A DNA stretch of 64,000 bases from Candidatus Omnitrophota bacterium. Its GTDB lineage: Bacteria; Omnitrophota; Gorgyraeia; Pluralincolimonadales; Pluralincolimonadaceae. Positions 1 to 7,271 of this stretch are shown here, one piece after another; within the stretch, counting starts at the first letter, position 1, and each line of letters begins with the position of its first letter. The stretch is taken from NCBI GenBank assembly GCA_041653595.1, contig JBAZFB010000001.1:4467-68466 (forward strand), given 5' to 3'. The position numbers were made by a program, and so were the translations under genes. A model generated the notes under the pieces. That model saw only the letters and a program-made list of their open reading frames with translations, did no database searches and had not been told where the DNA came from.

Positions 1-323
1 CTTTTTCGACCTGTCAATGGAATTGACCTTTCCCCTGATTCCGTCTGCCAAGCATACTCCCGTAAATACAAAAACTATAAAAAATGCAACTACTCCTATC
101 CTCTTCATGCATCGCCCTCCTTTTTTAGCTGTGATCCTTAATCCTCCCGGATTATTACCCGCAAAAAGCCACGACATTTTTTCATATTCATATTTACCCC
201 TTTAAATTCTCAAAATGAAAAAAGGGACCCTTTCACGTTTCACGATTTGGGGATCAGAGAGGGATTCACTCGCGGAATTTGAGCACCTTGAACTTTTTGA
301 ACACCTAAAGCTTTTGTCTAATA

Positions 324-344
324 ATATCCCGCAAAGCGGGATAT
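324..344 (-). terminator. Hairpin ATATCCCGC-AAA-GCGGGATAT just downstream of the GH1 stop, preceded by a second short hairpin (CCTGC-GAA-GCAGG); probable end of the long minus-strand operon
   Basis: Perfect 9-bp inverted repeat read directly from the sequence; on the minus strand it is followed by a T-rich stretch (TATTAGACAAAAGCTTT). Confidence 0.4.
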
Positions 345-385
345 CTAGCGAAATCCTGCGAAGCAGGGTGTCCGTTTTGTCCGCT

Positions 386-1810
386 TCAGAAATCCAGTTT
401 TCCTGACTTGATGATTTGCTCGTATTCTCTTGCCGATCCTCGAATTGTTCGTTCCTGCGTCGTATAGTCCACCCCTATTAACCCAAATCGCGGAGCGAAC
501 CCGTCTGTCCACTCATAATTATCCAAGAACGACCAATAGAAATAACCGATCACAGGAGCCCCCTCATTCATCGCCAGGGCTACGGCCTTAAGATGTTCTA
601 AGATAAATACCGAACGCTTGGCATCATGATTTGTGCAAACGCCGTTTCCCGTGATCAAAATAGGCAGTTTGTATTTTGAAAATTTTTTGATCAACGTGTA
701 CAACCCTTTCGGATAAATTTCCCAGCCAAGGTAATTCCTCATGGCTAAAGGATCTTCTACGGCGAGCCCCTCACCTAAAATTTCAGGCAATAAAAACCCG
801 CGATTGGAAACATATTCCCGCTTAAAATAATCCAAGCCGATAAAATCCAGGGTTTTTGCTCTGGGAAGTTTTATGCTGAAAAAACCTAATATCTTCGCTT
901 TCCCCCGTATTAAGGCCTGAATAAATAAGTGATTGATCGCCTGGTCCCTTAAGCCCGCAGAGATCCGGTCCGGCAAAGAGTTGCTCGAGCGAGGCGAAAA
1001 TATGATCACCTGGTGGGCTATCCCGATCATAGGTTTATTCCAGCCTTTTTGGGCATAGGCTTCGTTGATCTTTACATAAGCCAGGACATGCGCTTCGGCT
1101 AAATTTTGCACGACTTTAAACGCATTTTCCGTTGACTTCTCCCCAGGCGGCCAACTCCCGACCATATAGCCGTTATACGCATAAGATGCCGGTTCATTCA
1201 ACGTTATCCAATAATGAACATCGCTGCCCAGAGTTTCTGTCGTTTTCCGCGCGTATCGGGCGAAAAGTTCCGGACTTTCATCCGAAAGCCATCCCCCCTT
1301 GCTCACAAACCATAAAGGGATCGTAAAATGATTCAACGTTACAATGGGCTCTAACCCCTTAGATTTCAGCGAAAGGATCATCTTGCGGTAATGCTCAAGG
1401 GCTGAGCCGTCAAATTGGCCCGGCGACGGCTCGATGCGGCTCCATTCAACGGAGAAACGATAAGCTGTAAACCCTAAAGATTGGGCGATCTTAAAATCCT
1501 CTTCAAAGCGGTTCCATTCATCACAAGCCAGTCCGGAACGCATTTTCAGGGGAACTTTCTGTTCCCACTGCCACCAGTCGTTATTGGTGTTGTTGCCTTC
1601 GACCTGATGAGAAGATGTGCCTGCCCCCCACAAAAATCCTTTCGGGAATGTAAATTCCTGCAGCGTAGGTACTGTTGTTGTTATGTTAGATCTTTCATAA
1701 GTATCGGCGCCGATATATCCCGGAACCATAAAAATAATAAGAAATAAGGAGAGGCCTGCGCAAATATTTTTTTTAACCTCATGTCCGGCTGTTTGCGGTC
1801 GGATTTGCAT
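386..1810 (-). CDS. GH1 beta-glucosidase family protein with an N-terminal membrane anchor or signal; the catalytic nucleophile Glu is replaced by Gly (ITGNG instead of I/VTENG)
   Basis: GH1 signature motifs TFPKGFLWGAGTSSHQVEG and ITLNEP are present. The nucleophile motif reads LPILITGNGVCT, with the Gly codon GGA at 647-649 on the minus strand. About 75% identical to the paralog at 11480-12874, which has SENG. Confidence 0.88.
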   Translation of the reverse strand: MQIRPQTAGHEVKKNICAGLSLFLIIFMVPGYIGADTYERSNITTTVPTLQEFTFPKGFLWGAGTSSHQVEGNNTNNDWWQWEQKVPLKMRSGLACDEWNRFEEDFKIAQSLGFTAYRFSVEWSRIEPSPGQFDGSALEHYRKMILSLKSKGLEPIVTLNHFTIPLWFVSKGGWLSDESPELFARYARKTTETLGSDVHYWITLNEPASYAYNGYMVGSWPPGEKSTENAFKVVQNLAEAHVLAYVKINEAYAQKGWNKPMIGIAHQVIIFSPRSSNSLPDRISAGLRDQAINHLFIQALIRGKAKILGFFSIKLPRAKTLDFIGLDYFKREYVSNRGFLLPEILGEGLAVEDPLAMRNYLGWEIYPKGLYTLIKKFSKYKLPILITGNGVCTNHDAKRSVFILEHLKAVALAMNEGAPVIGYFYWSFLDNYEWTDGFAPRFGLIGVDYTTQERTIRGSAREYEQIIKSGKLDF

Positions 1811-1822
1811 ATTAACCTCCTT

Positions 1823-2794
1823 TCACGAGGAGTGGCCGCCTGCTATGGTAAACCCAAGCAGTTCCTCCACCATCGATATGAGCAAAGCAGATTGTTTAGA
1901 CATGGCATCGATTACTTTCTTTTGCTCCTCATTAAGATGGCCATATGACCCGTCCTGAAGTAACGATATGTTCCCGCTGATCACTCCCAGCGGTGCGCGC
2001 AGTTTATGCGAGATAAGAGTTAAAGTATCCTGTTTTAGAAATTCCTCGCTGCGCGCTGCGGTAACATCACGCAAGATAAAAACAATGCTTAACAGCTCTC
2101 CGGCGGAATTTTTTATCAGGTCCAAATTCGCCTCTAAATATAATGCCTCCGCCGTTTCTGATTTTTGGCGTACAATATCAAATGTTTTATGCGCAATCGT
2201 TAGATCCGTAAGCGCTTCTTTACTTATAGAAACAGAATAATTCTTAAATAGCGTTTCGACCAAATTGACTTTTGCCGGATCGGTAATATTTAAGTAATTT
2301 AAGATCGCCGCATTGCTGTCTTTGATCAGGTAATCCGGGCTGCAGATGGCAATGCCATCGCTTATTTTATCGACCACTGCCTTGAATTTCTCTTTTTCAT
2401 CCAACTGCCGGAGATAATAACTTATCTTGAGTATGGACTTGACTCTTGCTAATAGTTCAACCTTATCAAAGGGCTTGGAGATAAAATCATCGCATCCTGC
2501 CTCAAGGGCTTTTACCTTGTCTTCGGTCTCCCTAAGCGCGGTTACCATGACCACCGGGATAAGGCGTGTCTTTTCATCGGCGCGCAATTTTTCCAGCACT
2601 TCTATGCCGGACATCCTGGGCATCATTATGTCCAGCAGGACCAGATCGATTTGATCGCCGGAAAGTATTTTCAGCGCTTCTTCACCGCTTGCCGCCTTGA
2701 CAATCTCATAACCCTGCGGAACAAGATACGCTTCGAGAAGTTCAACGCTTTGGAGCTGGTCATCAACAGCTAAAATTACCGGTCTGTCTTTCAT
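1823..2794 (-). CDS. Response-regulator receiver–PAS–HisKA protein with no HATPase_c catalytic domain
   Basis: N-terminal receiver motifs (ILAVDD…LVLLDIMMP…PVVMVTA), a central PAS-like region, and an H-box ISHKLRAPL. The ORF ends right after the dimerisation/phosphoacceptor region with no N/G1/G2 boxes. Confidence 0.72.
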   Translation of the reverse strand: MKDRPVILAVDDQLQSVELLEAYLVPQGYEIVKAASGEEALKILSGDQIDLVLLDIMMPRMSGIEVLEKLRADEKTRLIPVVMVTALRETEDKVKALEAGCDDFISKPFDKVELLARVKSILKISYYLRQLDEKEKFKAVVDKISDGIAICSPDYLIKDSNAAILNYLNITDPAKVNLVETLFKNYSVSISKEALTDLTIAHKTFDIVRQKSETAEALYLEANLDLIKNSAGELLSIVFILRDVTAARSEEFLKQDTLTLISHKLRAPLGVISGNISLLQDGSYGHLNEEQKKVIDAMSKQSALLISMVEELLGFTIAGGHSS

Positions 2795-2797
2795 CCT

Positions 2798-3166
2798 CTA
2801 CCCCTTGATAAATTTACTGATTTCTTTCGCGAAAGTGCGCGTATTTATCGGCTTGCCTATAAATCCGGAGTTAGATATGTCTTTTATCTCTTCCCTGCCT
2901 TCTGCCATTACGGAAGCAGTTACAAAAACAATGGGAATATCGCTTGTCTCTTTGTCTTGACGCAATATCCTGGCAGCTTCGCTACCGCGCATATCCGGAA
3001 GCCGCACATCCATAATTATGACATCCGGTTTTTCTTTCCTGACAATGGCAATTCCGCCGGAAGCATCTTGAGCTACAAATACTTCGAAGCCGGCGACCTC
3101 CAGGAGGTCTTTTTCCAGCGTCAGATTATTCACGTTATCATCGACAATTAAGACTTTCTTCCCCAT
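2798..3166 (-). CDS. Single-domain CheY-like response regulator
   Basis: LIVDDN…DVIIMDVRLPDM…IVFVTA receiver motifs across 122 aa. Confidence 0.85.
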   Translation of the reverse strand: MGKKVLIVDDNVNNLTLEKDLLEVAGFEVFVAQDASGGIAIVRKEKPDVIIMDVRLPDMRGSEAARILRQDKETSDIPIVFVTASVMAEGREEIKDISNSGFIGKPINTRTFAKEISKFIKG

Positions 3167-3167
3167 C

Positions 3168-4442
3168 TCACACCGCCTTTCTGGATATAACCGGCAAAGT
3201 AAACCTGACTTGAGTGCCTTTATTTAGCCCCTCTGATACTACGGAAAACTTCCCGCCATGCAGCTCAACCAGCTTCTTGGAGAGCGGCAAACCGAGACCG
3301 GTTCCCTCAGTTACCCGGGAATATGGAGTATCGACACGGAAAAACCCTTCAAATATTTTCCCCATGTTTTCAGATGCGATCCCGGCCCCCGTATCCCATA
3401 CCACTATTTCTATCTCGGAATCAACCTTTCTCGTAGAGGCCCGCATTCCTATTTTACCACCCTCGGGAGTAAATTTTACCGCGTTTGAAAGCAGGTTGTA
3501 AAGTATCTCTTTTACCCTGAGCTCATCCGCCTCAATATTCGGCAGATCTTCGGTTATTTCAAGCAACATTTGAAGCTTCTTTTTACTGACCATATCCGCT
3601 ACCAGCAGTGAAATGTCATTTAACAGGCTTTTCATGGGTAAGCTGGATAATGCCAGCTTCATCTTCCCCGCTTCAACTTTTGACATATCAAGTATCTGAT
3701 TTATCAGTAAGAGGAGATGTTTTCCGCTGGTTAGAACATATTCAACGTATTTTTTCTGCTTCTCATTAAGCGGCCCGAAAGTCTCGTCGTATAATATCTC
3801 GGAGAAACCGTTAATGGAGTTAAGCGGGGTCCTGAGCTCATGCGACATATTGGCCAGGAACTCGGATTTTGCCCGGGTGGTACGTTTTAACTCGGCGGCC
3901 AACTCCTGTAACTCTTCATGGGCTTTTTCCAGGCCTTTTTCTATCTCCCTGCGCCCGGTAATATCCTCGATAGCCAGGAGGATGATCCGCTCCTTGCCAA
4001 GCGCTCTTTCAATTTGCCGGGCATTCAAAAGCATTATGCGCCTGCCGATGGTAGTAAAATCGTGTTCAACCTCATAGTTATCGAAGGTTGCCTTTTGGGG
4101 AAGGATGGTTTCCAGCAGTTCCCGCAGCTTGGGGATATTCCACTGTTTATTGCCCAGGTCATAAATAAGTTGTCCCACGGTCTCTTCGGGTTTTACCTTA
4201 AAGACATCATAGAAGGAGCGGCTGACGGAGACCACCCTTAGATCTTGATCCAAAGCGATTAGGGATTCACGCACGGTGTTGATGATGCTCTCGGCATAGT
4301 TGCGGGCATCTTGGGCTAATCGCTCTGTTTTCTTACGCTGTTCAATTTCTTGGTGAAGCTTCTTAACATTCCTTCTTTCTGCGACGGTACGGATTCCTGC
4401 CTGATTCTTACATAATTTTTTGTTTTTCTTTATATCTTTCAT
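3168..4442 (-). CDS. Cytoplasmic sensor histidine kinase (coiled-coil/PAS–HisKA–HATPase_c); start probably at the internal Met (MKDIKK)
   Basis: H-box MSHELRTPLNSI, G2 box GTGLGLPLSKKLVELHGG, and no transmembrane segment. The start was trimmed to remove overlap with the GT4 stop at 4456. Confidence 0.82.
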   Translation of the reverse strand: MKDIKKNKKLCKNQAGIRTVAERRNVKKLHQEIEQRKKTERLAQDARNYAESIINTVRESLIALDQDLRVVSVSRSFYDVFKVKPEETVGQLIYDLGNKQWNIPKLRELLETILPQKATFDNYEVEHDFTTIGRRIMLLNARQIERALGKERIILLAIEDITGRREIEKGLEKAHEELQELAAELKRTTRAKSEFLANMSHELRTPLNSINGFSEILYDETFGPLNEKQKKYVEYVLTSGKHLLLLINQILDMSKVEAGKMKLALSSLPMKSLLNDISLLVADMVSKKKLQMLLEITEDLPNIEADELRVKEILYNLLSNAVKFTPEGGKIGMRASTRKVDSEIEIVVWDTGAGIASENMGKIFEGFFRVDTPYSRVTEGTGLGLPLSKKLVELHGGKFSVVSEGLNKGTQVRFTLPVISRKAV

Positions 4443-4455
4443 GGTTTCGCCTCTT

Positions 4456-5814
4456 TTAAAGTTTCCCTTCCTTGGTCGTGCCATTAGATCGGGGGTCTTC
4501 GCTCTTTTCCGTCGTATCTTTGATCTTTACGGGTTCTGTTTTCTGAAAATTTCCTTCGAACACTGATGTGGCAACGGACCTGATATAATTGCTGTAAATA
4601 TCCCACTCCGCTTTCATGCGCCACTGGAAAAGATACCGCGAACTGTTTTTCTTGCCCAGGGAAACAGATTTTCTTGATCTGATTTTATCATAAATTTCCA
4701 ACATGTGTTTTGCGGCAGACTTAATCGGGTATTTCTGTACCGTCATTCTTACGATCTGCTTCATGGCTAGCAACTCTTCAGGAGTCCGGGATAAAGACCA
4801 GGCAAGGGCATCAACAAAACTTTGCTGGTCCATCTCATTGAGCAACCGGCCGTTGTGGTAATCTTCTACGACTTCCCGCGCTCCCGGAGCATCCAATGCT
4901 ACCACCGGAACCCCTGCCGCCATGGCTTCAATAAGAACGATCCCTTGCGTTTCGCTTAATGAAGCGAACGCGAAAACATCCATGGCAAAATAAGCATCAA
5001 CCAGATGCTGATACTGCAAAACTCCGGTTAAATGTAACCTTTTTTCAAGGCCTGCCTTCACAAAGGCGTCCTTGATCATTTTTTCAGATGGCCCTTTGCC
5101 AACGATAAGGGCATGGACCCTTGGATCTTTTTTTAATAATTCGATCATACAATTTGTCAGAAATTCCAGATTCTTTTCCGGAGACAGCCGCCCGGCATGG
5201 CCGACTACTTTAGCATCTGGAGGGATGTTATTCCGCTGGCGAAAAGCTTTTCCATCGCCTTTTGAAAAACGTTCCGCGTCTACCCCTGTCGGGATAACCT
5301 CCATGGGGGTCTTAACACCTCTTTTAAGTAAGATATCCTGCACGCTTTCGCTGGGCACAATTACCTGGTCCACCAAATTGGAATATCCGGCGGCAAGCTT
5401 GACCATAAATCGCTTCACTCCCTCATTGTGAACCGGCCAATCATGCACGTACTGCTCAAACATACAGTGATAAGTAAATACAAGCGGTATGGCGTGCTGT
5501 CGACTGAGCCGTAATGCAAAATCTCCCATGAAAAACGGGCCGTGGCTATGCACAATATCCGGCACGAATTCTTTCATGTATCGCTTTAAGAGCCTAGAGA
5601 TCGGAAAATTAATGGAAAAAATAGTCCCCCTAAATTTTTGGATGGCCGGAATCCGGATAACGCCCGGTTCCTCTGTCGGCGCCCCCCCAAAGGCAGGAGT
5701 AACGATCAAAACCTCATGCCCTAAACTTCTAAATGCCTCGCTAAAAGAATAAACCGATTGCTCTAACCCTCCCACCATCGGAAAATAGGTATTCGTCATC
5801 ATGAGAATATTCAT
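4456..5814 (-). CDS. GT4-family glycosyltransferase (retaining GT-B fold)
   Basis: The EX7E region SETQGIVLIEAMAAGVPVVALD and the overall GT4 pattern. The start overlaps the stop of the upstream gene by 1 nt. Confidence 0.85.
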   Translation of the reverse strand: MNILMMTNTYFPMVGGLEQSVYSFSEAFRSLGHEVLIVTPAFGGAPTEEPGVIRIPAIQKFRGTIFSINFPISRLLKRYMKEFVPDIVHSHGPFFMGDFALRLSRQHAIPLVFTYHCMFEQYVHDWPVHNEGVKRFMVKLAAGYSNLVDQVIVPSESVQDILLKRGVKTPMEVIPTGVDAERFSKGDGKAFRQRNNIPPDAKVVGHAGRLSPEKNLEFLTNCMIELLKKDPRVHALIVGKGPSEKMIKDAFVKAGLEKRLHLTGVLQYQHLVDAYFAMDVFAFASLSETQGIVLIEAMAAGVPVVALDAPGAREVVEDYHNGRLLNEMDQQSFVDALAWSLSRTPEELLAMKQIVRMTVQKYPIKSAAKHMLEIYDKIRSRKSVSLGKKNSSRYLFQWRMKAEWDIYSNYIRSVATSVFEGNFQKTEPVKIKDTTEKSEDPRSNGTTKEGKL

Positions 5815-7271
5815 TATTTATCCTTTAGTTCTATGAGCGCTTTCCTGGCCGCCACGCATATCGCGTCGTAATGATCTTGCGCGCCCATGGACAGCCCTTC
5901 TTTTTCCAGATCTTCGGGGAGGAGCGGCTTGCCGAATCTCACCCTGATCGGGTGGCGTTTGGGATACTTTGCCGTGCTGGGCCATGCCTCATAAGCTCCT
6001 TCTATAGCCACAGGCACAAGCTTTGCTCCCGTCTCCTTAGCCAGGATACCGAACCCTTTTTTAAATTTCCCGACTTTGCCGGTAGTACTGCGCAACCCTT
6101 CCGGGAAATAACACAAACCTTTACCGCGTTGTAATACTAAATAAGCGCTGCGCAGCGCCTCCAGAAAATGCGTTGAATAATCAAATGGAATAAGTCTTTC
6201 CATTTTTACGATATCCCTTAAAAAACGGGATTTTACAAACGGCCTAAAATAATACGGTATGAATAAGAAGTAAAACATTTGCAGCACCGGCCTGCGCGGC
6301 AGGCAAGCGTTAATGGCAGGCCCGTCAAGATCGCTCGTGTGGTTTGGATACAGGATATAAGCCCCTTCTTTCGGCACGTTCTGTTCTCCTTCTGACTTAA
6401 TACTGAAAAACAATCTGAAGATCAAACAATCTATGGCTGTTATGCTGAATCTAAGCAGCCAGGCGAAAAAACCGGTGCTGAATTCGAGCGCTCCCAGATG
6501 CTCTTCTTTCGGAAGGACTTGTAAATGTTTTTTCCAGTAGTCCGGACTTAAAGGTAAACTTTTATCCTCCTCCGGGCGGATGCCTTTTGCTCCTTTTAAC
6601 GCATCCTTTATCCCCAGAATGAGGTCTTTTACAATAAAGGCCCGCGAGATCGCCTCATCTTTTATATCGGCGCTAAAAGCCAGCTCAAGGCGCGAAGCAA
6701 GCTCTATCCTGCCTAATGAATCTACGCCAAGGTCCAGCTCCAAAGAATCCTCAAGTATTATCGGTCTTTTAATACCGCTTTGCTCCTTTAGGCATTTTAA
6801 TATTTTTATGCCGGTCCCGGATCCTATCAACAGTTGGTCCGCGGCCGTTAGCTCCCCCGTTACCGGAAGAGCGCCTTCTATTCCTGCCCTCACCCTAGGC
6901 TCATATATTTCCTTGATCGCATTTCTATCTAACTTACCAAGCAGGTCATACGGTAGATCATCAAGCGTAATAGTAAAACCTTTAAGCCTTTTATAAATAG
7001 GGAGCGATGGCAAGACATTATCAAATCTCTCCTTAATGGCTAAATGCAGGTTCACTGAGGCGAATTTCCTGAAATTATCAAGATCCGGCCGGATGATAGC
7101 CCAAAGAATTTTGGATCCCTTTACATCATCCATTCCGGAGACTGTAAAGACGCACATCTCTGTAATAGGGGCGGCCTTTTTATAGAACTCCTCGATCTCT
7201 TCCGGGTAAATTTTCTTCCCCGACTTCAATATGATAAACTCTTTAAATCTGGCCACAAGGTCTTTTATCAT
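5814..7271 (-). CDS. Carrier-protein (ACP-like)–PlsC-type acyltransferase carrying only the C-terminal subdomain of an AMP-binding enzyme at its N-terminus
   Basis: N-terminus matches the AMP-binding C-terminal subdomain (…KIYPEEIEEFY…). Phosphopantetheine-attachment motif LELDLGVDSLGRIEL. PlsC motifs NHTSDLD (HX4D) and FPEGLRS. Truncated paralog of the 911-aa protein at 14860-17595. Confidence 0.75.
   Translation of the reverse strand: MIKDLVARFKEFIILKSGKKIYPEEIEEFYKKAAPITEMCVFTVSGMDDVKGSKILWAIIRPDLDNFRKFASVNLHLAIKERFDNVLPSLPIYKRLKGFTITLDDLPYDLLGKLDRNAIKEIYEPRVRAGIEGALPVTGELTAADQLLIGSGTGIKILKCLKEQSGIKRPIILEDSLELDLGVDSLGRIELASRLELAFSADIKDEAISRAFIVKDLILGIKDALKGAKGIRPEEDKSLPLSPDYWKKHLQVLPKEEHLGALEFSTGFFAWLLRFSITAIDCLIFRLFFSIKSEGEQNVPKEGAYILYPNHTSDLDGPAINACLPRRPVLQMFYFLFIPYYFRPFVKSRFLRDIVKMERLIPFDYSTHFLEALRSAYLVLQRGKGLCYFPEGLRSTTGKVGKFKKGFGILAKETGAKLVPVAIEGAYEAWPSTAKYPKRHPIRVRFGKPLLPEDLEKEGLSMGAQDHYDAICVAARKALIELKDK

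Noticed and set aside
17-406. Two plus-strand ORFs (62 aa and 63 aa) at the window start
   Set aside because: They cover a partial promoter-cassette copy and the terminator hairpins of the minus-strand operon; no ribosome-binding site and no motifs.
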